From: Thermomicrobiales bacterium
Lineage (GTDB): Bacteria > Chloroflexota > Chloroflexia > Thermomicrobiales > UBA6265
Length of the DNA stretch: 64,000 nt
NCBI GenBank assembly: GCA_049841275.1
Contig: JASGDN010000042.1
Coordinates: 11,520-75,519 of the forward strand
Direction of reading: 5' to 3'
Shown here: positions 1 through 9,513 of the stretch, piece by piece
Layout: each line of letters begins with the position of its first letter
How positions within the stretch are numbered: the first letter of the stretch is position 1
Position numbers and translations under genes: made by a program
The notes under the pieces: model-generated
What the model was told of the DNA's origin: nothing
Database searches by the model: none
The model's input: only the letters and a program-made list of their open reading frames with translations

Positions 1-300
<300 letters not shown>

Positions 301-303
301 TTA

Positions 304-954
304 TCATTTCCAGGCATCCGCGAGGGACGGATGGGCGTAGACGCGCGCCCGGTCCTCCTCGTCGCCATTCGTCTTGACTGCGAAGGCGAGGTACACGCTG
401 ATGCCGAGCGGGTCGCGTTCCACAAGGTGGATCGGGCCTACCACGGGCGCAATGCCCTCTTCCAGCACGCGGAGATACCAGCCGCTACGGCCAGCATCGA
501 CAAAGCGCTTCACCATATCCAGCCGGCCGCTCATCATCGCAAGCTTGGAACACGGCCAGCGCGGCTGAGAGACCTGCAGCAGGGCGTCTCCCCAGCGCCA
601 GATGTCACCGATGTTGACGTCCGTCTCGACGATCCCGGTCGTGGAGAGATTCTCGCCGAACGGCGCCTCGCCCTCGATCCCCACATATCCATGCTCAGTC
701 GCCCACCACGCCAGATGGTCCGAGGGATAGCAGTAGACCGCCTTGTCAACACCGCCATGCGCGCGCAGGTCGGCCTGTCCGTCCCCGGCCAGATCGGTCC
801 GCCCGACAAAGATCTCGCGTGAGGTAACGATGCGCTTGCGAATACCGGACACCACCTCGCCCTGCCGGTTCGTGCCCAGCACGGCAGGCATGCCAACGGC
901 GACGGCGCGCAAGCCAATGGTGCGGATGGCGGGTCGTTCGGTCGTGGCGATCAT
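304..954 (-). CDS. MOSC domain-containing protein (YiiM-like)
   Basis: 216 aa. MOSC-type beta-barrel sequence with the conserved QPRWPCSKL cysteine motif. Its ATG overlaps the stop of the upstream peptidase gene (ATGA at 951-954). Confidence 0.8.
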   Translation of the reverse strand: MIATTERPAIRTIGLRAVAVGMPAVLGTNRQGEVVSGIRKRIVTSREIFVGRTDLAGDGQADLRAHGGVDKAVYCYPSDHLAWWATEHGYVGIEGEAPFGENLSTTGIVETDVNIGDIWRWGDALLQVSQPRWPCSKLAMMSGRLDMVKRFVDAGRSGWYLRVLEEGIAPVVGPIHLVERDPLGISVYLAFAVKTNGDEEDRARVYAHPSLADAWK

Positions 955-3725
955 CGGGAGGATGTTTCCTTCGTGGAATCGGAGAGGCTGGATGTGCCTT
1001 CGGGGCCCGCAACGCCGATCGCCAGCCGGTCGGCATCGAGGTGGGTGCGCGCTGCGCTCAGGAGCTCGTCGGCACTCAGTGCATCGATGATACCCGGATA
1101 GCGGTCGAGGTAATCGAGACCGAGCTCGTTCCGCTCGATCGACAGCAGCAAGTCGACCACGCCGCCCAGCGCTTCGAGGCCGAGCGGAAGGCTGCCCGTG
1201 AGGTAGCTCTTGGCATCCTGCAACTCCTGGTCGGACACTGGAGCCGCCTGCAACCGGCGCAACTCCGTCACGATTCCCTCCACCGCGCGATCGACGTTGG
1301 ACGGATCGACCCCGGCGCGGGCGTTCCAGGTGCTGGAGAGCTTGCCTCCCGCCAGCGAACTGGAGACGTGGTAGGCAAGCCCGTTGCGATCGCGGACTTC
1401 CGCACCGAGGCGGCCCATCAGACCCAACTGCCCGAGGATGAGGTTCGCGGTGCTCAGTGCGTAATAGTCGGGATGCGAGCGGGCGATCGTCGGGTAGGCA
1501 ATGGCGATGTTTGCCTGGCTCTTGCCTGGCACCAACTGCGTGTCACGCATGGTGGACGCGAGCGGGTCCGTGACCGGGGGCTCCATTGGCTCCGGCACAA
1601 CGGCATCCCAGTCGCCGAAGGCATCGGCGACCGCCGCCGTCGCCTCGTCCAGCGACTCGATGCCGCCGACAACCGCGACGGTCGTCACGGAGGGACCGAA
1701 CGTATGTCGGCGATAGGCGACCAGATCATCCACCGTGAATGCGGATACCGTCTTGATGTCGCCAGCGAGCGGCAGGCGGTAGGGATGTCCCTCCGGATAG
1801 AGCAGTTCCCGCAGGGCCTTGCCGGCGACCGCTCCCGTGTCGTCTTCCTGCTCGCGAATGCCTGTCAGCACCTGCTGGCGCACGCGCTCCAGTTCGTCGG
1901 CGGGAAAGGTCGGAACGCGGATCATCTCGGCGGACAACGCGAGCAGATCGCGGAAGTCCTCGATCAGCCCATGGAAGGAGACGTCTACGGTCGCGCGGCT
2001 GCTGTCGGCGCCGATCATCGCGCCGATGCCATCGGTCGCCTCGTTCAACTCGTCGAATGTCCGGTTGGCCGTTCCACGCCGCAGCATCGTGGCGGTGAGG
2101 GCGGAGATGCCAGCGCGCTGGTCGCCTGTAAGCGCCTGTCCGGCCTTCATGCTGACCGTCGTCTCGATTGCCGGAAAGCTTGGTCGCGGCTGGGCGAGCA
2201 CAACGATCCCGTTTGGAAGAACCGCCCGCGCGAATCCGTGGGAGGACTCGCTACCCGTCAGGAACCAGGGACGATGTGGCTCCAGCGCGGCGAACGGCTC
2301 GGCCTGTGCGGATGGCGGGACGTCAGCACCCGCGAAAACCGGCGATTCCTCCGGCAATTGCCAGCCGACGACGCGGTTGTCCGGCACCAGATACTGCCGG
2401 ACAACGCGCTGGACATCCTCCGGCGTTACTGCCTCGAACTCGGCGGCGAGCGAATCGACGCGCGCGGCGCGGTCCACGATCTCCATCTGCCCGAGCCAGA
2501 ACGCCTGGGAGGTCACCGATTCGTTGGCGTAGACGTACTGCGCGCGAATCTGCTTCCGCGCCTTCACGAACTCGTCCTCGGAGGCCAGGGCGGTCTGCAA
2601 CCTGGCGATCTCGGCCTCGAACGCCGCCTCGATGCGTTCCGGTTCGACGCCGGGAAGCGCCGTCGCCGAGAAGGTCCAGAGGTGCGGATCGATGTGCAGG
2701 CTCGTCCCGGAGCTCGCCGACCTGGCGAGGCCGGTCGAGACCAGCGCCTTGTACAGCCGGGACGACCGGCCCATTCCGCCACCGCCGCCCATGCCCATCG
2801 CCTTCGCGCCGGACAGCAGCGCATCGGCGACCATCAATGCAGGGACATCCGGATGGCGCGCCTCCGGGATCCGGTAGGCCATCATCATGTAGGCGGCAGG
2901 CGATGCCTTCCGCAACGTCACCCGGCGCTCGCCACGCTGGGGCGGCTCCCCGGCGACTGGTGGCAACGGCTCTGCGGAGGCCGGAATCGCACCAAATGCC
3001 CGCTCGATCCGGCCGATCAGCTCGTCGGGTTCGACATCGCCGGCCACCGTGATGAACGCGTTATCGGGCGCGTAGAAGCGGCGGTAGTGGTTGTAGAGAT
3101 CGTCGCGGGAGATCTCCTTCAGATCGCGCTCGTAGCCGATCACCATGTGCCCGTAGGGATGTTCCTGGAAGGCGAGACCCATCACCTCCTCGGCCAGGAG
3201 ATAGGTCGGGCGGTTCTCCGCGCCGAGCCGTTCCGAGAGGATGACGGTGCGCTCACTCGCGGTTTCCTCCGGCTCGAAGAGCGAATTCACCATGCGGTCC
3301 GATTCAATCGCCAGCGACAGGTCGAGTCGGTTGGCCGGGAGCGTCTCGAAGTAGGCGGTCCAGTCCATGGACGTCATGGCGTTCAGGGTGCCGCCCTCGC
3401 GGCTGACATCGCGGAAGATGGCTCCCTTTTCGAGGCTGGGCGTGCCCTTGAACTGCATGTGCTCGACCCAGTGGGAGACACCGGTCCGGCCGGGAAGCTC
3501 GTTGCGGCTGCCGACGCGATACCACGCCCAGAAGGAGGCGATCGGTGCGGCGGGGTTCGGCCGGATGAAGATGGTCAGCCCGTTCGGCAGCGTATGCGTC
3601 ACGAGTGGGAGGGGAGCGGTCCGGGTATCCCGGGTATCTGGCATGGAAATCGGTCCTTCGGCGATGGGCAAGCGCATGGAGCGCCGCTCGAACTGCGCGA
3701 TGCCCGAAGGATACGCGGCAATCAT
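951..3725 (-). CDS. M16 (pitrilysin/insulinase) family zinc peptidase, fused double unit
   Basis: 924 aa. Inverted zinc motif HWVEH in GVSHWVEHMQFKG near the N-terminus, with a second degenerate M16 repeat in the C-terminal half. GGAGG lies 7 nt upstream of the ATG at 3725. Confidence 0.9.
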   Translation of the reverse strand: MIAAYPSGIAQFERRSMRLPIAEGPISMPDTRDTRTAPLPLVTHTLPNGLTIFIRPNPAAPIASFWAWYRVGSRNELPGRTGVSHWVEHMQFKGTPSLEKGAIFRDVSREGGTLNAMTSMDWTAYFETLPANRLDLSLAIESDRMVNSLFEPEETASERTVILSERLGAENRPTYLLAEEVMGLAFQEHPYGHMVIGYERDLKEISRDDLYNHYRRFYAPDNAFITVAGDVEPDELIGRIERAFGAIPASAEPLPPVAGEPPQRGERRVTLRKASPAAYMMMAYRIPEARHPDVPALMVADALLSGAKAMGMGGGGGMGRSSRLYKALVSTGLARSASSGTSLHIDPHLWTFSATALPGVEPERIEAAFEAEIARLQTALASEDEFVKARKQIRAQYVYANESVTSQAFWLGQMEIVDRAARVDSLAAEFEAVTPEDVQRVVRQYLVPDNRVVGWQLPEESPVFAGADVPPSAQAEPFAALEPHRPWFLTGSESSHGFARAVLPNGIVVLAQPRPSFPAIETTVSMKAGQALTGDQRAGISALTATMLRRGTANRTFDELNEATDGIGAMIGADSSRATVDVSFHGLIEDFRDLLALSAEMIRVPTFPADELERVRQQVLTGIREQEDDTGAVAGKALRELLYPEGHPYRLPLAGDIKTVSAFTVDDLVAYRRHTFGPSVTTVAVVGGIESLDEATAAVADAFGDWDAVVPEPMEPPVTDPLASTMRDTQLVPGKSQANIAIAYPTIARSHPDYYALSTANLILGQLGLMGRLGAEVRDRNGLAYHVSSSLAGGKLSSTWNARAGVDPSNVDRAVEGIVTELRRLQAAPVSDQELQDAKSYLTGSLPLGLEALGGVVDLLLSIERNELGLDYLDRYPGIIDALSADELLSAARTHLDADRLAIGVAGPEGTSSLSDSTKETSSR

Positions 3726-3793
3726 GCGGATTCCTCCGCCAATCGGACAGGAACGGGTACAATCGCGGTCAGCAAACCGAGCCGGATTCGTTC

Positions 3794-4216
3794 ATGACCC
3801 TACTGGAGCCAATCATGGTGCAGCGAGCCCCGGTCCCGACGTTCGATCAGTACATGGTCGACCGGGTCATCCTCTTTCTGCAGACCCGCGACCGGGAAAT
3901 CTTCCCGTTCACACGGAACTTCGATGATGCGAAGATGACGGCTTTCGTCCGCGACCTGCGCGATGGCCTCGCCGACCTGTCCGACAGCGGCAGTAAGCGT
4001 GGCACGTCGTCCACCGGATTCCCGATGAACGACTGGCGCCTCCGCAATATTCTGGATGAGTGGGCGCAGGCCGGCGGCGACTGGCCGCAGGGCACGGAGG
4101 CCGCTTCCTACAACTCAGTGCTGGGCCTGCCAGATGTACCGCAGCCGTTGGAGGACGAACCCGCGGTCGATTTCGTCGATCCGGCCAGCGCGTTCGAGAG
4201 CAGCCTTTCGTCCTGA
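3794..4216 (+). CDS. hypothetical protein
   Basis: The ORF-track ORF 3605-4216 overlaps the divergent peptidase start. The ATG at 3794 (MTLLEPIMVQ...) is the first start clear of it. GC3 is high throughout. No family recognised. Confidence 0.6.
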   Translation: MTLLEPIMVQRAPVPTFDQYMVDRVILFLQTRDREIFPFTRNFDDAKMTAFVRDLRDGLADLSDSGSKRGTSSTGFPMNDWRLRNILDEWAQAGGDWPQGTEAASYNSVLGLPDVPQPLEDEPAVDFVDPASAFESSLSS

Positions 4217-4290
4217 CGTTCGCGGGCTCATCCGTTATGAATTCGTCGCGCGATGAATTCCAGGGAATGCCCGAAATGGCGGGCGTTTTC

Positions 4291-4324
4291 GGGGGTTCGT
4301 GCCGCCGCGAGCGCACGAACCCCC
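4291..4324. terminator. 12-bp GC-rich hairpin between convergent genes
   Basis: GGGGGTTCGTGC (4291-4302) pairs with GCACGAACCCCC (4313-4324) around a 10-nt loop. There is no clean U-tract on either strand. Confidence 0.4.
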
Positions 4325-4479
4325 TGCGATTAATCCGGCTTTGCCACGGAAACCACCCTGCATATCCCCGGTCCGCGTGCAATTAATTCGAGCAGAATGT
4401 GCCAGTCCGGAAGCCCCGGAACGACACCTTCCTCCGATGTATGTAGCGCGACGCATTTCGGCATGGGTTGCGGACAGGA

Positions 4480-5634
4480 TTACCTGGGTGCGCCGAGGAA
4501 CCGTTCGTACGTGAACCACGGCAGCAGCTCGGCATGATCGTCCGTCGCCAGCAATGCCAGGTATTCCCCGACCACCGGCGCGAACTTGAAGCCGTGGCCG
4601 CTGAATCCTGCCGCGTAGATCACACGCTCCTTGCCCGGATAGCGATCGATCAAGAAGTGCTCGTCCGGCGTCATGGTGTACATGCAGACCGTCGCCTCGA
4701 GCACCTTCGTGGACAACCCGTTGAATCGCTCGGCCAGGAAGGCACGATAGGCCGGGAGCAGGTCCTCGTCGTGGACCTTGCGATCGATCGCGTCCGGATT
4801 GACGACGTTGCCGCCGGAGTGGATGCCGCACTTCAGGCCCGGATCACCGTGAACCGGAAGGCCGTAGAACTCGTCCACGCCGAGGTCGACGACGAAGACG
4901 GGGAACCGGTCCGGACCATAAAGCGACGGATCGACCGGCTCGAACCAGAAGACCGGCTTCCGCCGCACTTCCAGCGGCAGTCCAAGATCACCCATCAGCT
5001 TGCCGTTCCAGGCGCCGCCGGCGATCACCAGGCGGTCGCCGGTATAGGTATCCTTGTCCGTTGCGACGTGGACGCCATCCGCGTCCTCGCTCCACATCAG
5101 CACCTTCTCGCCCGCCTGGAGGACGCCGCCGGCCGCCACCATCTCCCGCGCCATCGCCTTCAATGCAGGCGGCACGACGAGAAATCCGGCTGTCGGATCG
5201 AGGCAGGCTGTCCAGTCGGACGGCAGGTTCCAGGCCGGATAGCGCGCATTCACTTCAGCGCCGTTCAGAAGGTCGTAGTCGAGTTCGTACCGCTGGGCGC
5301 TGTGCATCGCCTCCTGCGCGCGGAATCCGTCCGGCGTCGAGATGTCGAGGCCGCCGCACCGGTGCATGAAGGCCTCGCCTGGATTGCGCTCCTGGAGCTC
5401 CGACCAGAGGAGGTCAGCTTCGAGCGTCCAGGGGACGTATTGCTCGCCCTCGGCGTAGTTGTGGCGGAAGATGCGCGTCTTGCCGCCATGGCTGCCGAAC
5501 GAATGGACGTGCTCGAATTGCTCGATCACGATCACCGAGTGGCCTGCCTTGGCCAGCGCCCAACCGGTGGCAGTGCCCATCGTTCCGCCGCCGATCACAA
5601 TCACGTCCGCGTGTGTGTTGCTCATGCCCGTCAT
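4480..5634 (-). CDS. monomeric sarcosine oxidase / N-methyl-L-tryptophan oxidase family FAD oxidoreductase
   Basis: 384 aa. N-terminal DVIVIGGGTMGTATGWALAKAG dinucleotide fold and the C-terminal AGFSGHGFKFAPVVGE motif typical of the MSOX/MTOX family. Confidence 0.85.
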   Translation of the reverse strand: MTGMSNTHADVIVIGGGTMGTATGWALAKAGHSVIVIEQFEHVHSFGSHGGKTRIFRHNYAEGEQYVPWTLEADLLWSELQERNPGEAFMHRCGGLDISTPDGFRAQEAMHSAQRYELDYDLLNGAEVNARYPAWNLPSDWTACLDPTAGFLVVPPALKAMAREMVAAGGVLQAGEKVLMWSEDADGVHVATDKDTYTGDRLVIAGGAWNGKLMGDLGLPLEVRRKPVFWFEPVDPSLYGPDRFPVFVVDLGVDEFYGLPVHGDPGLKCGIHSGGNVVNPDAIDRKVHDEDLLPAYRAFLAERFNGLSTKVLEATVCMYTMTPDEHFLIDRYPGKERVIYAAGFSGHGFKFAPVVGEYLALLATDDHAELLPWFTYERFLGAPR

Positions 5635-5953
5635 CCTTCGCTCGATCCGCGCCCATGCGCACTGCTGGTCGCATTATGGCGGATCGCTTTCAAGCCGCAC
5701 ATGATCGTGTGGTAGGCTGGGCGCAGCCAGAAAGTGCAGGCCGGTTGCGGTAAGTCCGGCCACCCCGGAATCGGGGTTACGTCCGCGAATCTCGCGATGA
5801 CCCCTGGCGATGCAAGCAACCCGGTTCATTCCGGAGGATGGTGCTTGTCTCGTCTGATCATCGACCGGGTATTCGCGTGTGTCCTTTCATGCGCGACGGT
5901 TTCCAGACCGACAGGCGACATCCAACGCGAATGGCCGGCGAGGAGTCATATCC

Positions 5954-6733
5954 ATGTCCGACCGTCTGTCGATCAATCACCTCAACCTCGCGGTGCGCGA
6001 TGTCGCCGCGTCGCGCACGTTCTTCTGCACGCATTTCGGATTTGCCTGCGCCCACCCGAACGACAGGGTGTCCATCCTCGAAGGCGGTGATGGCTTCGTG
6101 CTCACGCTGATGACGGTGAAGGACGACGAATCCGGGACCTATCCCGGCAGCTTCCACGTCGGATTCTACGTTCAGGATCCTCTCGGTCTCCCGAGGTTCT
6201 CGCCCGTCAAATCGGCGAACACAAGGTCTGGCCCCACAGGCATCGGCATTGCGTGTCTGACAACCAATGCAAATCAGGGTGCCGGTACAACGAGAACGGG
6301 CGCACCCCAGCGAGATGCTGGGGTGCGCCCGTTCTATCCGAACCGGAACAGGCTATACCGAGGCGTCGCCGAACCCCTCGGTCACCGCGTGCTTGCGGTC
6401 GTACCAGGGCAGGTCCTCGATCGGATCGACATTGCCAAAGAAGTTCGCCTCAGTGCGCGACACCGGCGCCGCCCACTTCACGGCATTCCCGATGACCTTC
6501 CGGATCTGCTCGTTGTAGTAGGTCGGGTAGGTCTCGTGACCGGGCCGGAAGTAGAAGACCTTGCCGGAGCCGCGATAATACGCCGCACCCGAACGGAAGA
6601 CCTCGCCACCCTGGAACCAGCTGACGAAGACCAGCTCGTCCGGCTGCGGGATGTCGAAGAACTCGCCGTACATCTCCTCCTGCTCGAGTTCGAGGTACTG
6701 GCCGATGCCCTCGACGATCGGATGTCCCGGTGA
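5954..6733 (+). CDS. VOC (glyoxalase/bleomycin-resistance) family protein, apparently truncated; 3' end unreliable
   Basis: AGGAG at 5941-5945 precedes the ATG at 5954. The first ~75 aa ([24 protein letters not shown]...FHVGFYVQD) form one VOC beta-alpha-beta-beta-beta module. Family similarity is then lost. The frame runs through the 6298-6330 terminator hairpin and antisense into thuA before its first stop. Confidence 0.5.
   Translation: MSDRLSINHLNLAVRDVAASRTFFCTHFGFACAHPNDRVSILEGGDGFVLTLMTVKDDESGTYPGSFHVGFYVQDPLGLPRFSPVKSANTRSGPTGIGIACLTTNANQGAGTTRTGAPQRDAGVRPFYPNRNRLYRGVAEPLGHRVLAVVPGQVLDRIDIAKEVRLSARHRRRPLHGIPDDLPDLLVVVGRVGLVTGPEVEDLAGAAIIRRTRTEDLATLEPADEDQLVRLRDVEELAVHLLLLEFEVLADALDDRMSR
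6298..6330. terminator. bidirectional terminator hairpin
   Basis: Perfect 14-bp stem GGGCGCACCCCAGC / GCTGGGGTGCGCCC with loop GAGAT, followed by GTTCT on the + strand. It lies between the convergent VOC and ThuA genes. Confidence 0.55.
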
Positions 6734-7135
6734 CACGACCCAGAGCCGCTCCTTCTCGTCTGCCTCGCGCCACTTCAGGTTGCAACTCGTGCCCATGAGG
6801 CGCTTGAAGATCTTCGAGAAGTGGCCGGAATGGAGGACGATGATGCCGGCGCCATCCAGCACGCGCTGGTGGACCTTGGCGACGATCGCGTCGTCGACCT
6901 CGTTGTGGGCCATGTGGCCCCACCAGACGAAGACATCGGTGTTGGCGATCACCTCGTCGGTGAGACCGTGCTCCGGCTCGTCCAGCGTCGCGGTGCGAGC
7001 GGTGATGCCATCGATCGCGTTCAGGCCCTCGGCGATGGCGCCGTGGATGCCGTCCGGATAGGTCTTCCCGATATGCTCGTCGTTCTTCTCGTGGCGGAAC
7101 TCGTTCCAAACCGTCACGCGGATCTCGTTACCCAT
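6353..7135 (-). CDS. ThuA domain-containing protein (trehalose-utilisation ThuA family)
   Basis: [12 protein letters not shown]...VFVWWGH...[11 protein letters not shown]...[11 protein letters not shown] matches the ThuA family. I chose the ATG at 7135 because AGGAG lies 10 nt upstream and the family N-terminus is MxxxIRV. The ORF track extends to 7216. Confidence 0.85.
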   Translation of the reverse strand: MGNEIRVTVWNEFRHEKNDEHIGKTYPDGIHGAIAEGLNAIDGITARTATLDEPEHGLTDEVIANTDVFVWWGHMAHNEVDDAIVAKVHQRVLDGAGIIVLHSGHFSKIFKRLMGTSCNLKWREADEKERLWVVSPGHPIVEGIGQYLELEQEEMYGEFFDIPQPDELVFVSWFQGGEVFRSGAAYYRGSGKVFYFRPGHETYPTYYNEQIRKVIGNAVKWAAPVSRTEANFFGNVDPIEDLPWYDRKHAVTEGFGDASV

Positions 7136-7240
7136 GCAGTGAATGCTCCTCTTGCCGAAGACCGGCAGCGTCGTTGACGTCGCGGTCATGCTATGCGCGG
7201 TTTCCCGCTCGCGCAACGCCCGAACGGAATGACGATGCGC

Positions 7241-8365
7241 CTATTCCGCTTCCGCGACCGCCGTATCCTCGCTCAACGAGATCTCCCGACCGAGTTCGGC
7301 GGAACGGTAGATCGCATCGATCAGGCGCACGCGGTCGAGCCCCTCGATGCCGTCGGGAGAGACAGGCTTTCCGTCGAGAATGCCATCGACGAAGCCGTGG
7401 ATGATCTCGGTGTGCCCTTTCCGCGCGACAACGGTCGGGGCGCTTTCCTGCGTGGTGTCGCCGATGCTGCTCCACATGCGCAGCGTATCGGTGTCCGCAT
7501 ATTTGACGGAATGGATACGGGCGCCGCCGTTGCTCCCGTAGACCTGGATCCCGAAATCGTCCTCCATCTCACCGTAGGATGCCCAGGACGCCTCCAGCAG
7601 CAGCGTGCCACCGTCCTCGAAGCGGACGAAGGCACTGGCAAGATCCTCGACCTCGTACCCCTTGTGGCCTTCCGGGATGAACTGCTGGTTGCGCCCGGCC
7701 CAGTTGCCCCGGCCCTGCGTGCCGATTTCGGCATAGGTCGTCGCAGAGACCGTGGCAACCTTCGGATTGCCCAGCACGTAAAGGATAAGGTCGAGGACGT
7801 GGACGCCGAGGTCGATCAGCGGTCCGCCGCCAGCAGCTTCCTTCGACGTGAACCAGCTGCCCCATCCTGGAATGCCGCTCCGGCGCATCCAGAAGGCCTT
7901 CGAGTAGTAGATGCGGCCGAGCGCGCCGCTCTGGACCTGCTCGCGCATGACCTGGACATCGTGACGGGAGCGCCGCTGGAAGGAGATGGCGAGGATCTTG
8001 CCCGCCTTCTCCGCCGCCTCGACCATCGCGCGGCCCTCGGCCTCGTTCCGCGCGAGCGGTTTCTCGATCAGGACGTGCTTCCCGGCCTCCAGCGCGGCGA
8101 TCGCCACCGGCATGTGGAGGAAGTTCGGCACGGCGATGCTCACTGCATCGATGTCGTCCTGTGCGAGCAAGTCCTGATAGTCCCGATAGACGTTCGGGAC
8201 GTTGAACCGCTCGGCGAGCGTCGCACACCGGTCGGTGTCGAGACCGGCAAGCGCCACGACCCTGACGCGCGGGTCTTCGCTGTATCCTTCGAGATGAAAG
8301 AGCCCCGCGCCACACCCGATCACTCCGACGCGCAATGGCTCGCGCGCCTCCCCCTTGTCCGCCAC
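7241..8365 (-). CDS. Gfo/Idh/MocA family oxidoreductase (ThuB-like partner of ThuA)
   Basis: 374 aa. N-terminal Rossmann motif LRVGVIGCGAG and the EKPLA motif (VLIEKPLARN). GTG start with GGGGAG 7 nt upstream. Confidence 0.9.
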   Translation of the reverse strand: MADKGEAREPLRVGVIGCGAGLFHLEGYSEDPRVRVVALAGLDTDRCATLAERFNVPNVYRDYQDLLAQDDIDAVSIAVPNFLHMPVAIAALEAGKHVLIEKPLARNEAEGRAMVEAAEKAGKILAISFQRRSRHDVQVMREQVQSGALGRIYYSKAFWMRRSGIPGWGSWFTSKEAAGGGPLIDLGVHVLDLILYVLGNPKVATVSATTYAEIGTQGRGNWAGRNQQFIPEGHKGYEVEDLASAFVRFEDGGTLLLEASWASYGEMEDDFGIQVYGSNGGARIHSVKYADTDTLRMWSSIGDTTQESAPTVVARKGHTEIIHGFVDGILDGKPVSPDGIEGLDRVRLIDAIYRSAELGREISLSEDTAVAEAE

Positions 8366-8488
8366 GACTGTGCTCCCCGGCCTCTACTGGCCACGCTGGA
8401 TGAACATCACGAAGGCGCGCCATCCGACGCGCCGACCTTGCGCCAGAATGGCATTCCCCGAAGTGGTACGCAAGGGGATCGGCGCTTC

Positions 8489-9313
8489 TCAGGCCACGAG
8501 ATGGATCATGACGAGTTCCGGCGGGCAACCCAGCCGCACGGGAGGGCGATAGAGGCCAACGCCGTTCGAGACGAAAAGGGTCATGTCTCCGATCGTGAAG
8601 CGGCCCGACGCGAAGCGCTTGCCGGCCTTGGGCAACGCCAGCGGCCCGATTCCCGGCAGACGCACCTGCCCGCCATGCGTGTGCCCGGACAACATCAGGA
8701 ACGGCGCGTACGCGGCAGCCTCCTCGGCAGCATCGGGTTCGTGCCAGAGGCAGATGCAGGCGGCGTCGGCTGGCACTTCCGCGAAGGCAGCAGCCGGATC
8801 GGGTCTCCCAAGGAGAAGGTCGTCGATGCCAGCAAGCCAGAGCGGCCCGCGATCCGTCTCGACCTCCACCGCGCGGTTGACCAGCACCTCGGCCCCGGCC
8901 TCATGCAGCATCCGCTCGACACGCGAGCGGACGTTCGAGACATCGTGATTGCCGATCACCGCCCACGAACCGAACCTGGCCGTCGCCGTCATCTCGGCGA
9001 TCGACGGTGCGATCTCGTCGATAAAGTAGGGCGACTGCGAGACATAATCACCTCCGAGAAGCAGGATGTCCGGCTTTTCACGACGGAGGGCACGGACGAT
9101 AGTCTGGAGGTTCCTGACGGTGAAGGTCGGGCCGACGTGCGTGTCGGAGACATAGGCGAGGCGAAGACCGCTGAGGTCCGCGTGATTTCGCGGCAGCATG
9201 AAGACCTGGTGGTTCACCCGAGGGCGAAACGGGATCACGAAACGGGCGATCAGGGCCGTGACCGCTCCCGCAACCATCCCAAGCACCACCGTCGGGGCGA
9301 GAACCTTCTTCAT
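8489..9313 (-). CDS. metallophosphoesterase (YkuE/calcineurin-like), membrane-anchored
   Basis: Motifs SDTHVG, GGDYV, GNHD and SGHTHGGQ. The ATG at 9313 gives MKKVLAPTVVLGMVAG..., an N-terminal TM helix. The ORF track extends to 9382. Confidence 0.85.
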   Translation of the reverse strand: MKKVLAPTVVLGMVAGAVTALIARFVIPFRPRVNHQVFMLPRNHADLSGLRLAYVSDTHVGPTFTVRNLQTIVRALRREKPDILLLGGDYVSQSPYFIDEIAPSIAEMTATARFGSWAVIGNHDVSNVRSRVERMLHEAGAEVLVNRAVEVETDRGPLWLAGIDDLLLGRPDPAAAFAEVPADAACICLWHEPDAAEEAAAYAPFLMLSGHTHGGQVRLPGIGPLALPKAGKRFASGRFTIGDMTLFVSNGVGLYRPPVRLGCPPELVMIHLVA

Positions 9314-9410
9314 GCAAACAAGACCCTTTCGAAAACCGGGGCCGACAGGGAGTCGGCGTCTACAGACGCAACGGTCTTCCAATCCATTCCCAGGAACAGC
9401 GCCATCTCAT

Positions 9411-9458
9411 ATAGGGGCGATCGCCCGAGGCGACCTCGGCAGTTCCCGACGATCGCCA
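9411..9458. repeat. degenerate copy of palindromic element family A
   Basis: ATAGGGGCGATCGCCCGAGGC... matches the left module plus spacer start of 41263-41333 (GTAGGGGCGATCACAAGGATCGCCCGAGGC) with the hairpin loop deleted. It is followed by CGACGATCGCC. The location is intergenic. Confidence 0.35.
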
Positions 9459-9513
9459 ACCGCAACACCCGCTGCGAAGATCGCCCCTGCATGCAACATC
9501 GTCTTCGAGCGTC

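Noticed and set aside
1041-3797. 918-aa + strand ORF
   Set aside because: It is exactly antisense to the M16 peptidase gene. The composition is Arg/Gly/His-rich with no family resemblance. It is a typical shadow ORF in GC-rich DNA, where stop codons are rare.
5740-5850. RNase P RNA-like strings (GGTAAGTCCGG; AACCCGGTTCATT)
   Set aside because: They resemble the two P4 strands but lie only ~90 nt apart. The intergenic region is too short, and the other universally conserved RNase P regions are absent.
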